This document shows positions 20,542 to 31,611 of a stretch of DNA of 64,000 nucleotides, piece after piece. Numbering within the stretch: the first letter of the stretch is position 1; every line of letters starts with the position of its first letter. A model generated the notes under the pieces. That model saw only the letters and a list, made by a program, of their open reading frames with translations. It did no database searches and was not told the origin of the DNA. Source of the stretch: Myxococcota bacterium (GTDB lineage: Bacteria; Myxococcota_A; UBA796; UBA2385); NCBI GenBank assembly GCA_044344255.1, contig JBIJDH010000013.1, positions 1 through 64,000 of the forward strand, in the 5' to 3' direction. The translations under genes and the position numbers were made by a program.

Positions 20542-21447
20542 TCAGCGACCGCCGGCCACCTCGTGCTCACGGGCGTCCACCACCCGACCGTAGCGGTCGT
20601 AGAGGGTGATGCGGTCTCGCTGGTTGTTCCAGATCGGCTGGTCGCTGCCGAGGAAGACCTCGATCTGCTCGTCGGGATCGGACTTCGTCTCGCCCTTGCC
20701 GGACTGGATCTTCACCGTGGCCCCCGGCGGGAGGATCGCGGAGGGGAGCGTCCAGGAGCGCCCGGCGAGATCGGTGACCTTGTAGCCGGCGAGGTCGAGC
20801 GGATCGGCGCTCAGGTTGCAAACCCGGACGTACTCACCGTTCAGGTTCGAGCGGTCGTCGCCGTCTGCGTTGGCGTGGAAGCTCGTGATGTGGAGCTCCC
20901 CCTTGAAGCGTTCGTCACCCCAGATGCCCCGACCGGCCTTCCGCGCGCGGTCCTGCGCGGCGACGAAGGGCGCCAGATCGGTCGCGTCGGGCGGGATCAC
21001 GAAGAGGTGGCCGAGCCCTTGCTCCAGCAGGGAGGTGGTGAGGTCTTGCCCGCCCACTCGCACCCCGGCGAGGAGGCGGCCATAGCCGTCGCGGGGGGTG
21101 GCGCCGTAGATGAGCTCCACGTCCCGGTTGAGCACGAGGGCCTTCGCCGCCTCGCGCGCCTCGACCGCGTAGGGCTCGGCCGGCTTGACCTCGGGGGTGT
21201 TGACCCAGCGGAGCCGCACGCGGTCACCGGTGTCGAGGGTGAAGGTGTCTCCGTCGTAGACGCTCACGACCTTCGCGTGCGCCGGCCCCGGCTTCACCTC
21301 CGCGCCCGCCGAGGCCGGAGGACCCGCCTCGAGATCCACCGCCGGGGCCGCTGCCTGAGCGACCGCCCCGACCGCGAGGCCGAAGATCAGGCACGAGCCG
21401 AGGCTGACGAAGGGAACGGAGAAGGGGAGGGCTCGCCATAGAGTCAT
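20542..21447 (-). CDS. Secreted thermonuclease (SNase) with C-terminal lamin-tail domain
   Basis: VYDGDT, VRL..VNTPE, DGYGRLLA, GRGIW; LTD motifs NLNGEYV..N...LDL.GY, IWNN..D.ITL.D. Confidence 0.9.
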   Translation of the reverse strand: MTLWRALPFSVPFVSLGSCLIFGLAVGAVAQAAAPAVDLEAGPPASAGAEVKPGPAHAKVVSVYDGDTFTLDTGDRVRLRWVNTPEVKPAEPYAVEAREAAKALVLNRDVELIYGATPRDGYGRLLAGVRVGGQDLTTSLLEQGLGHLFVIPPDATDLAPFVAAQDRARKAGRGIWGDERFKGELHITSFHANADGDDRSNLNGEYVRVCNLSADPLDLAGYKVTDLAGRSWTLPSAILPPGATVKIQSGKGETKSDPDEQIEVFLGSDQPIWNNQRDRITLYDRYGRVVDAREHEVAGGR

Positions 21448-21538
21448 ACCGAACGCTCCCGTCGGCCATCAGCCGGCCTCTGCTGCTATCCCGTCGTGGA
21501 GGACCCGCGGGGGCCCTGACCCCATCCGCAGGCGACGC

Positions 21539-23623
21539 TCAGCCCCCGCGCGGCTCCCCCTGCGGCGCCCGGACCCGCGCGTCGAGGCGGCCGGCCTGCC
21601 AGAGGAGGTAGACGTCGTCCGGGGAGCGGGCGGCCGCCCTCCAGGCCGCGTCGCGGGCCCCTCGGAGGTCGCCCGTGGCCTCGAGCACCACCGCGAGCGT
21701 GTCGAGGAAGTCAGAGCGCTGGGGCTCCGCGCGGAGGGCGGACTCGATCCGGGTCTTGGCCTCCGCGAGATCGGCGCCAGAGAGCGCCCGGTACCAGGCC
21801 TCACAATTGTCGCGCATCGGCGCGTCCTTGGCCTGCACACAGTCTCGCTCCAAGCCGGCCTTCCGCATCTCGCTCGCCTTGGCCTCCTCGCCCACGGTGT
21901 GCCAGGCCGCAGCGAGGAAGTCGAAGGGCAGCTCCGCGGGGTGCAGCCGCCCGACGGCGCGGCTGAGATCGGCCATCAGCAGCCGCTCCTCAGCGGTGCC
22001 CTGCACCTGCTGGGCGTAGAACCAGGGCGCGACACCGCCGTTCGGGTAGAGCTCGACGAGGCGACGGAGGTGGCTGAGCACCGCCCAGGGATCGCCCTCG
22101 AGCCGGGAGAGCCAGGCCCTACGAATCAAGTGCCCGTCGGGGTTCTCGTCGATCTGGTTCGCGCGCTTTAGGGCCGTGCGGGCGCTCGCGAGGTCACCGG
22201 CCACCCGGCTCGCGTCCGACCAGGCGATCCAGCTCGCCGACTGGGCCGGGGCCTGCTCGGTGGCTCGGCGGGCGAGGTCGAGGCCCTCGGCGCTGCGATT
22301 GGCTAGCCAGAGGCCGTTGACGGCGGCCACGATCTCCCCCTCCTCGGCCAGCACGCCGACAGGGAGGCCCAGCAGGAGCTGCAAGGAGGCGTCGACCTCG
22401 CCCTCCTGCCGGAGGAGGCGGGCCTCGGCCATGGCGACCCGGGTGTCGGCGGGGTGGGACTGCCGCCAGGCGCGCAGCGTCTCCCGGGCCTCGGTGTCTC
22501 GGCCGAGATCATGCTGCAGCTCTACCTTTCGGAGGAGCGCGGCCTCATCGTCGGGGCGGTGGAGCCGCTCGAGGGCCCAGGCGCGGAGGTCATGCTCGGC
22601 GGCGGTCCGGTCGCTCTCGCTGAGCACGAAGTGGCCGCCCGGGAAGTCGAAGAGCACGCGCTTCCCCTCGAGGACCTCGTGCCCGACGAGGCCGGTGAGG
22701 CCAGCCGGGCCGACGCGGGCCCCCGCCTGCCCGCCCACCCAGGTGGAGCTGATGGGCTGGTCGAGCTTCATGCCCCCGATCTCGAGGCCGCTCAGCGGGA
22801 GCCGCCGCGTGCTGCGGAGGAAATTGCTGAGCGGGAGATCATCCCCCGAGCCGACGCCCAGCAAGAGCTCGACGCCGACGGTGGAGGCAGGCCGGAGCTC
22901 GGAGGGCACCTCTCCGAAGAGCAGCAGCCCGCGCGCGCCGGTGTCGACCTCGAGGGTGAGGGGCAGGCGCCGAGCCTCACCGGAGGGGGCGCTGAGCAAC
23001 AGGGCCACCGGAACGCGGGGCTGGGCGCCGCTGAAGTAGAGCGGGCCGGCGTCGGCGGGGATCGGGAGCTGACCCACCTGCCCGAGCTCGATCGTGTTGG
23101 CCTTGTAGTCGATCAGGACCTCGAACTGGCTCCAGATGTTGTTGCCGAGGATGCCGGCGATCGGCACCGAGCCGAGCTCGGAGGGGGCGCCGGGCACATC
23201 GACGGCGAAGGGCAGATCTCGAAAGGTGTAGGGGCCGATACGGAGGGTCTCGAGCTCAGCCTCCTTCCAGGGGACGGCGCCCCCCATGCCGACGAGGGTG
23301 CCGGCGCGGGGCTGGGTCTCGAGCGAGAGCTCGGCGGCGACCTCCCGGCTGAGCACGCTCAAGCTGGCCCCGGTGTCGACCAGGAAGGCCCGCGGCACAC
23401 CGTCCCCGAGCTCGGCGAGGACAAAGATCTTGGACGGATCTCCGCCGATCCGCCAAAGATCGAGCTCGGCCCGCCCCGGACCGGAGGCGAGGCCCGCCGG
23501 CACGGCGCCGCGGTGGGGGCAACCCGCGAGGCCGAGGAGGCTGGCGCCGACCAGGCAGAGCGCGGCGCGCCCGCGGAGGCGGGGCGTGGACAGTCGGGAG
23601 ACGTCGGGGCGGCGGTGCTTCAA
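21539..23623 (-). CDS. Lipoprotein with tandem retropepsin-like aspartyl protease domains and TPR repeats
   Basis: LAGC lipobox; FLVDTGAS/GILG and EVDTGA/GLVG; C-terminal TPRs (FLDTLAVVL...GD). Confidence 0.8.
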   Translation of the reverse strand: MKHRRPDVSRLSTPRLRGRAALCLVGASLLGLAGCPHRGAVPAGLASGPGRAELDLWRIGGDPSKIFVLAELGDGVPRAFLVDTGASLSVLSREVAAELSLETQPRAGTLVGMGGAVPWKEAELETLRIGPYTFRDLPFAVDVPGAPSELGSVPIAGILGNNIWSQFEVLIDYKANTIELGQVGQLPIPADAGPLYFSGAQPRVPVALLLSAPSGEARRLPLTLEVDTGARGLLLFGEVPSELRPASTVGVELLLGVGSGDDLPLSNFLRSTRRLPLSGLEIGGMKLDQPISSTWVGGQAGARVGPAGLTGLVGHEVLEGKRVLFDFPGGHFVLSESDRTAAEHDLRAWALERLHRPDDEAALLRKVELQHDLGRDTEARETLRAWRQSHPADTRVAMAEARLLRQEGEVDASLQLLLGLPVGVLAEEGEIVAAVNGLWLANRSAEGLDLARRATEQAPAQSASWIAWSDASRVAGDLASARTALKRANQIDENPDGHLIRRAWLSRLEGDPWAVLSHLRRLVELYPNGGVAPWFYAQQVQGTAEERLLMADLSRAVGRLHPAELPFDFLAAAWHTVGEEAKASEMRKAGLERDCVQAKDAPMRDNCEAWYRALSGADLAEAKTRIESALRAEPQRSDFLDTLAVVLEATGDLRGARDAAWRAAARSPDDVYLLWQAGRLDARVRAPQGEPRGG

Positions 23624-23698
23624 GGCGAGGGCCTCCAGCCGAGGAGCCTATTCGGGTTCCCGATTCGCGCTAAGGTCGAGGCCTCGTTGGAGCCACCG

Positions 23699-25591
<1,893 letters not shown>

Positions 25592-25615
25592 GGCTGCGGC
25601 CCCGCTTGGGGGCGC

Positions 25616-26242
25616 CTAGCCGGGGGGCTCGCCCTCGGCGAGGTTGACCCCGATGAGCAGGCTCTGCTGGATGGGCTCGAAGTTGTGCGGATCCCAGTGG
25701 AGCCGACAGCGGGCCTCGTAGGCGTTGGTCTCGCCCACGAGCACGCGGGCCCCGCGGTTGATGATGCGCTGGCTGCGGTCGGCCGGGTTGCCGCAGACCA
25801 CGCAGATGGCGAGGTTCTTCTGGATGTACTCGGCGACGGCGAGGAGCTCGGGGATGGGCTCGAAGGGGCGGCCGAGGTAGTCGAGGTCGAGCCCCGCCAC
25901 GATCACCCGCTTGCCGGCGTTGGCCAGGGCGTCAGCCACCCGCACCAGCTCCTGATCGAAGAACTGCGCCTCGTCGATGCCCACGACCATCGCGTCGCCG
26001 ACGAGGGGCAGGATCTGGTCGGCCCGCTCCACCTGGAAGCTGCGCATGCGCTGGCCCGAGTGGGAGCCGACGCTGTCGTCGCTGTAGCGGTTGTCGATGC
26101 CCGGCTTGAAGACCACCACGGGCTGGCGGGCGTATTGAGCGCGCCGCAGCCGCTTGATGAGCTCCTCGGTCTTCCCGCTGAACATACAGCCGGTGATGAC
26201 CTCGATCCAGCCGATGTCGCGAGGCATGAGGTGGGGGTGCAT
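25616..26242 (-). CDS. tdk: Thymidine kinase
   Basis: GCMFSGKTEEL, IDEAQF, AGLD, CVVCG, YEARCR. Confidence 0.96.
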   Translation of the reverse strand: MHPHLMPRDIGWIEVITGCMFSGKTEELIKRLRRAQYARQPVVVFKPGIDNRYSDDSVGSHSGQRMRSFQVERADQILPLVGDAMVVGIDEAQFFDQELVRVADALANAGKRVIVAGLDLDYLGRPFEPIPELLAVAEYIQKNLAICVVCGNPADRSQRIINRGARVLVGETNAYEARCRLHWDPHNFEPIQQSLLIGVNLAEGEPPG

Positions 26243-26410
26243 CGGCCCCTGCTAACGCGGGGCCCGCGGAGCACGCCGGACGACGTGATCTTCCCCGCGC
26301 GGTTCGCCCCCGTCGGCAACTCGCTCCGCTGGAGGAGGCGCCGAGGGAGGTAAGGAGGGCAGGGGAGGCGAGGAGCACCCCGCCGAGGAGCGCCTCCGCC
26401 GAGCGCGTGC

Positions 26411-27937
26411 TCAGCGCCGCTCGCCTCGCCGCCAAAGCGGGACCGCCTCATCGATGAGGTTCTCGCCGGCCGACATCGCGCCGAGGACGAAGAAGTCGCC
26501 CGTCGGCACGAACGCGGTGGGGACGCCGACATGGCAGACATGCGCCTGGCCGCCGCCGAGCCCCTCGAAGGCCGACCGCAGGGTCCGGGAGCGGATGAGG
26601 TCGAAGCCGCGGGCGTCACGCGGGGCCGTCACCAAGCGAGTGTGGCCGGCCGCCAGGGCGCGCGGGCGGGCCGCGGGCGAGGTGGGCCTGGCGGGAGGGG
26701 TGGACCGGAAACCGCCGAACCAGCGCTGCCACCGGGACGGCTCCGGCGGGGCTGGCCGGTCGCCGGTGGGCGGCGCGACGCGCGTGTGGGCAGGAGCAGC
26801 GGTGGTCCGCCGCAACCGCCAGGGGAAGGGCGAGATGACGATCCGCTCGTGGGCGGCGCCGGACCATGAGCAAGGGACGCCGTGTGCCTGCAAGATCTCG
26901 ACGATCTCGGCACCCAGGGCCAGGGTCCTCGCGTAGGGGGCCGCGTCCTCCCTCGCGCAAAAGCCCAGGCGCAGGCCGCGACCCTCGACGCCGTCGATGA
27001 GGTCCTCGGCCGAACAGGCGACCCCACCGCGGGCCTCGCGCTCCCTCGCCGCGATGCCGACGTAGGCCCAGGCGTCCTGGAGGGTCAGTCCGGCGCCGTT
27101 GTTGGACAGCACGCCGCGGTCAGCCAGCTCCGTGAGGGCCGCGGAGAGGCGGTCGTTGGTGGTCGGCTCGGACCACGTGGCCTCGGCCGCGACCTCCGCG
27201 GCGACGAAGCGCTCGGTGTGGGCGGCGAGCGCCGCGAGCATGTCGGGGCCGAAGTCCAGGTGACCGGCGAAGGCCTCCGACGCGCGCTCTACCAGGTCGT
27301 CGAACATCCGATCGGCGGAGGCCCAGGCGTCGGCGCGCGCCCGCAGCTCGGTCTCCCAGTCCGCCAAGAAGGCCTGGACATCCGCCTCGCTGACCCAGCG
27401 CGGCCGCGCTCGCCACACGAAGTCGGGCAGCACGATGCGGGTGCCCGGCGACCCGTCCCATTGGACCCGGAGCCCGGCCGCGGCGAGCGCCTCCACGGCC
27501 AAGCGGCCGATCTGCGCGGTGGCCGCGGGCTCCTCGGAGCGGAGCGACCCGAAGGCCAACATCAACCCATGGCCCTCGATCGCGCTCCACGCGTCCTGGC
27601 GGTGGAAGAAGCAGAAGCCGTGGCGCTCCGGGCCGGCCTCGTCCAGCGCCGCCGCGCGGCGCGCCGCGATCGCGATGCCGCCGTCGCGCGTGTCGCCTTC
27701 GGGCCCGAAGACGACCAGGCCCTGCGCCTCGAGCTGGACGAAGGCCGTGTTGAGGCGGTCGTTGTCCGTCGGCGAGGTCCAGCCAGGCACCTCGCGGCGG
27801 AGGCCTTCGATGCCAGCGGAGATGGCCGCGTGCACCCGAGCCACCTCGGCGACCTCCGCCGCCGGGGTGATCAGCGACTGAGCGATCCGCAGGTGGCTGG
27901 CGTCGCAAGCGGCGATGTACAGGCGGAGCGTGTCCAT
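26411..27937 (-). CDS. Hypothetical protein with two DUF6891-like domains
   Basis: Internal duplication NDRL..AF..L...G / GL.L.F / W.G....RI.; FFHRQD motif in copy 1. Confidence 0.65.
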   Translation of the reverse strand: MDTLRLYIAACDASHLRIAQSLITPAAEVAEVARVHAAISAGIEGLRREVPGWTSPTDNDRLNTAFVQLEAQGLVVFGPEGDTRDGGIAIAARRAAALDEAGPERHGFCFFHRQDAWSAIEGHGLMLAFGSLRSEEPAATAQIGRLAVEALAAAGLRVQWDGSPGTRIVLPDFVWRARPRWVSEADVQAFLADWETELRARADAWASADRMFDDLVERASEAFAGHLDFGPDMLAALAAHTERFVAAEVAAEATWSEPTTNDRLSAALTELADRGVLSNNGAGLTLQDAWAYVGIAAREREARGGVACSAEDLIDGVEGRGLRLGFCAREDAAPYARTLALGAEIVEILQAHGVPCSWSGAAHERIVISPFPWRLRRTTAAPAHTRVAPPTGDRPAPPEPSRWQRWFGGFRSTPPARPTSPAARPRALAAGHTRLVTAPRDARGFDLIRSRTLRSAFEGLGGGQAHVCHVGVPTAFVPTGDFFVLGAMSAGENLIDEAVPLWRRGERR

Positions 27938-27987
27938 GGGGCACCGGGGTGCGGGGGGTGGCGTGGGCGGATGGGTCGCCGATCGTC

Positions 27988-29577
27988 CTAGCGGCCCAGT
28001 CCCGCGGGGCGCAAAGGGAGCCGGAGGAGACTGCGCTCGGGGTCCACGGCCTCGATGGTGCAGCCCAGCGCGACCAGGGCCTCGATCAGCGCGACGGCGG
28101 GCCGCTCCCGGCCGAGCTGATCCCGCTCGATCACGATCTCTCTCAGGCCCAGCGCGACCATCGCCTCGAGGGTGGCGGCGTCGGGGGGCCGCGCAGGGCC
28201 GGGCTCATGCGGGTCCCAGCTCCGAAAGAGGGCGAGGTAGGGCGCCTCTCGGGCCGAGACCCCCACGGAGTTGAAGTCGGGCACGAGCGGGCTCGGCTGC
28301 CCCTGGGCGGTCTGGAAGTAGAGGAAGGTGCGCGCCCGCGGGCGAGAGGGGTTGATCTCGCCCGGCGGGCGGGAGAGGGGCCCCGGCACCACGAGGGTGG
28401 GGCCCGAGAGCATCGTGTAGATGGGCGGGATCGAAGAGGGCGCCCCCGGGAGCACCGGCTCCGCCGGCCCCAGCGAGAGGCCCTCGAGGGCGATGAGCCA
28501 GGCGAGCCAGCCCCAGCCTCGCCGGTCGGCCAGCCGGGCCGCCGCCAACCCCAGCAGGCAGAGGGTGGCGGCGTGCCAGCGGTAGGGGAAGCGCACCATC
28601 TCCAAGATGGGCAGGTCGTACCAGGGGCCCCGCCCGGACGAGAGCAGCGCGGGGACCAGGGCGAGCAGCGCCCACCGCGAGCGGGAGGCCAGCGCCGCCG
28701 CGAGCGCGACCCAGCCGATGTAGGCGTTCTTGGCGAAGAGCTGCAGGTCACCCCCGAGCGCAGGCCGCGGCACGGCGGGCCAGGCCCCCATCGCCGCCCG
28801 CACGTCGTCGGAAAGCGGCGCCCCGCCCGAGAAGGCTCCGAAGAAGCTGAAGAGGGCAGGGGAGGCGAGCAGCAGCCCACCGAAGGAGGCGAGCGCGCGC
28901 CAATCGTAGAGGAGCGCCGCCAGCCCGACCAGCAGGCAGCCCACCATGCCTTGATACCAGCTTGAGAGCAGCGTGAGCCCGAGGCCCACCGCTGCCGCGC
29001 CCCAGCGGCGCTCCCCCGCCGCCCAGGCCCAGAGCATGAGCGCCCATCCATCCGTACCCTCGACGATGCCCTCCACGGCATAACCCTGAAAGAACGGAGA
29101 ACATCCGTACACCGCAGCGGCGACGAGGCAGCCCGACCGCCCCGCTCCCCACGCCAGCGCCGCCCGCCCGGCCGTCCAGACGGTGGCCACCCGCGCCAGG
29201 ACCAGCAGCAGGTTCCAGGTGTCGCGGAGCCCGAACAGGGGCAGCAGCAGGGCGGCCGCCCACCCCTTGAGCGGGCTCGAGTACGCGAAGCCCATCCCCT
29301 CGGGGAACCCGAGCAGGGCGGTGCGATCGGGGAGGCCGGGCTGGGCCTCGGCGAAGCCCCAGAGGCCCCACACCGCTGGGTAGAGGTCCGTGAAGGGGTG
29401 CCCGATGAGCTCGCCGCGCAGCCAGGCGGGCAGGGCCGGTATCAGACCCCAGGTGAGGGCCAGCAGCAGCAACGACCACGGTGCCGCCGGCCGCAGCGGG
29501 GCCGCGGGACCGGCCGCCGACCGGGCCTGCGGCTCAGAAGTAGACGGTGTCACCGAGGGCCGGGCACTCCACACCAT
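27988..29577 (-). CDS. Polytopic membrane protein, GT-C/YfhO-like glycosyltransferase candidate
   Basis: Many TM helices, FPEG early loop, RFPYRW motif, soluble C-terminal domain; start uncertain because it overlaps the upstream gene. Confidence 0.6.
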   Translation of the reverse strand: MVWSARPSVTPSTSEPQARSAAGPAAPLRPAAPWSLLLLALTWGLIPALPAWLRGELIGHPFTDLYPAVWGLWGFAEAQPGLPDRTALLGFPEGMGFAYSSPLKGWAAALLLPLFGLRDTWNLLLVLARVATVWTAGRAALAWGAGRSGCLVAAAVYGCSPFFQGYAVEGIVEGTDGWALMLWAWAAGERRWGAAAVGLGLTLLSSWYQGMVGCLLVGLAALLYDWRALASFGGLLLASPALFSFFGAFSGGAPLSDDVRAAMGAWPAVPRPALGGDLQLFAKNAYIGWVALAAALASRSRWALLALVPALLSSGRGPWYDLPILEMVRFPYRWHAATLCLLGLAAARLADRRGWGWLAWLIALEGLSLGPAEPVLPGAPSSIPPIYTMLSGPTLVVPGPLSRPPGEINPSRPRARTFLYFQTAQGQPSPLVPDFNSVGVSAREAPYLALFRSWDPHEPGPARPPDAATLEAMVALGLREIVIERDQLGRERPAVALIEALVALGCTIEAVDPERSLLRLPLRPAGLGR

Positions 29578-30322
29578 GGACGACCCCGCTCACGGAGGCG
29601 CGGGCCATCGAGTCCGGGTAGCCGGCGTAGGGGTAACGCCCGTCGAAGCCGCCGAGGGTGCCATCGATGTAGACGCCGTCTTCGTTCTCGTCGATCGTGA
29701 ACTCACCCTTCCAGGCCTCGCCCACGTACCAGGTGCCCGACCAGAAGTAGCCCTCGTCGCCGTCGATGCTGGTGAAGTCGAAATCACCCTCTCCGAAGGC
29801 ACAGTCGGCGTGGACGATCATGCCGACGCTGCTGGTCTGCAGGTCATAGGTGGCCGGCAGGCTGTTGATCGTCGAGAAGACGAGGTTGCAGGTGTTGTCG
29901 GCGAAGAGCGACGAAGGATCGGGCTCGACGTCGGAGGCGGAGAGGTAGGCCGCCACGTCCGCGCAGGTCGCGGCCGGGTTGGCCGCCACGTACACCAAGG
30001 TGGTGTCGCCGACGCGGTGGGAGAAGGCGCGGGCGGCGAGCACGTCGCCGTCGGCGAAGCCGTCCATGGTGATGACGGAGCCGTCCATGGCGTCGGCGGG
30101 GATGTCGGTGTCGGTGTCGGCGTCGGTGTCCGCGTCGCTGTCCCCGTCGGCGTCGGCGTCACTGTCGGCGTCCGCATCCGCGTCGCTGTCGGCGTCGGTG
30201 TCCGCGTCGCTGTCCCCATCGGCGTCGGCGTCGCCCTCCTCCGCGGAGGCCCCCTCCTTGTCCCCACAGGCGAGGGTGGCGATGAGGAGCAGCGGACCGA
30301 GGCGGTAAAGGGAGGGGATCAT
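29534..30322 (-). CDS. Lipoprotein with Asp-rich (DADS/T) linker
   Basis: TLAC lipobox, D-A-D-S/T repeat, Cys-containing beta domain. Confidence 0.8.
   Translation of the reverse strand: MIPSLYRLGPLLLIATLACGDKEGASAEEGDADADGDSDADTDADSDADADADSDADADGDSDADTDADTDTDIPADAMDGSVITMDGFADGDVLAARAFSHRVGDTTLVYVAANPAATCADVAAYLSASDVEPDPSSLFADNTCNLVFSTINSLPATYDLQTSSVGMIVHADCAFGEGDFDFTSIDGDEGYFWSGTWYVGEAWKGEFTIDENEDGVYIDGTLGGFDGRYPYAGYPDSMARASVSGVVHGVECPALGDTVYF
30103..30233 (-). repeat. Low-complexity repeat encoding (D-A-D-S/T/G)n
   Basis: Read directly. Confidence 0.9.
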
Positions 30323-31443
30323 GACTTCTCCGGGGAGACCAAAGGTAGCGTGGCGGCGGAGGGCTGCACAGGCAGCCCGCCTCGCGCCGACAGGAGGGTG
30401 GAGGCGTTGATCCCCTCCCGCGTCATGGCATAGAGGCCGATGAGCGTCACGGGGAGGAAGCTGACCGCCCAGAAGACGATGGCGAAGCCCTCGGCGTCAC
30501 CGGCCGACTGCCCCCACAGGACCATGGTCTTCTCCATGGCCACGTGAAAGACACCGAGGAAGCCCGGCGCCTGCGGCAGCGCGACGGTCAGCGCGATGGC
30601 CACCGCCGTGAAGCAGGCGGCGCCGAAGGGGAGCTCCATCCCGAAGGCCTGAAAGAGGCACCAGATGGCGAGGGCGCCGTCCACCCACATCCAGATGCTC
30701 AAGACGGCGGCCTGAAGGAGCCCCCGAAGGTCGCGGGCGTTGCCGAGGCCCGCCACGAAGCCGTCGAAGAGGCCGAGCAGGCGATCCCGCACCGGAGCGG
30801 GGGCGATGCGCACGATGCCTGCGAAGACCCCACGCGCCGCCCGCTCACGGGTGGCGAGGAGGAAGAAGACGATCATCGCGCTCATGGCCGCCGCGCCGAA
30901 GAGCCCGCCGTACCGCTTGATGTTGGCGACGAGGTCACCCTCGAGCCCGCCGTCGTCGGGGATGGCCAGGACCATGATCAGCAGGACCGACACCATGCCG
31001 AAGAGGTCGTAGACCCGCTCCATCACCGCGGTGGCGAAGATCGGCACGATGGGGAGGTGGGTGCGGCGGGCTGCGACGTAGGGCTTGGCGATCTCACCGG
31101 CCCGCAGCGGCAGCAGGGTGTTGGCCGCGGCGCCGATCACCTGAGCGACGAAGAGATCGAGGACCCGAGCGGCGCCGAGCGGCCGCAGCAGCACCCGCCA
31201 CCGCGCCGCGCGCAACACGAACTCGCCCACCAGGATGAGGGAGGCGGCCAGCACCCAGCCGAGCTTTACGCTGGCGAGGCTGACCCGGAGCTCATGCCAG
31301 TCCGCTCTCCCGAGGAACCAGGCCAGCGCCCCGAAGCTGATGGAGAAGGCGACCACCCGCCGCAGCACGGTGGACCCGCCGGCGCGTGGCTTCGGGTCTG
31401 AACCGCCCGGCTGCGCGCCGGCCTCTGCCTCCCGATTCGACAC
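30319..31443 (-). CDS. Lysylphosphatidylglycerol-synthase TM / flippase-like (UPF0104) protein
   Basis: LRAARW, NTLLPLRAGE, ERVYD, PQAPGFLGVFH; GTG start at 31443 or ATG at 31512. Confidence 0.85.
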   Translation of the reverse strand: MSNREAEAGAQPGGSDPKPRAGGSTVLRRVVAFSISFGALAWFLGRADWHELRVSLASVKLGWVLAASLILVGEFVLRAARWRVLLRPLGAARVLDLFVAQVIGAAANTLLPLRAGEIAKPYVAARRTHLPIVPIFATAVMERVYDLFGMVSVLLIMVLAIPDDGGLEGDLVANIKRYGGLFGAAAMSAMIVFFLLATRERAARGVFAGIVRIAPAPVRDRLLGLFDGFVAGLGNARDLRGLLQAAVLSIWMWVDGALAIWCLFQAFGMELPFGAACFTAVAIALTVALPQAPGFLGVFHVAMEKTMVLWGQSAGDAEGFAIVFWAVSFLPVTLIGLYAMTREGINASTLLSARGGLPVQPSAATLPLVSPEKS

Positions 31444-31611
31444 GCCCGCTCCCTGAACTACGCGGCCACACCGCAGCTCACCTCCATCAGAGGCGCCGCA
31501 CGGGGCGAGCATAGCCGAGGCGTCGGCCGGCTGCGATGGCGCGGTGAGGAGGGGCTTGCTACTCTCGGCCGGACCCTCGCCGACCGTCGACGCTCATCCC
31601 AGGAAGCCAAG

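Noticed and set aside
22454..23698. Apparent 415-aa N-terminal extension on Acs (1045-aa ORF)
   Set aside because: Antisense read of the aspartyl-protease gene; Acs homology begins near 23699
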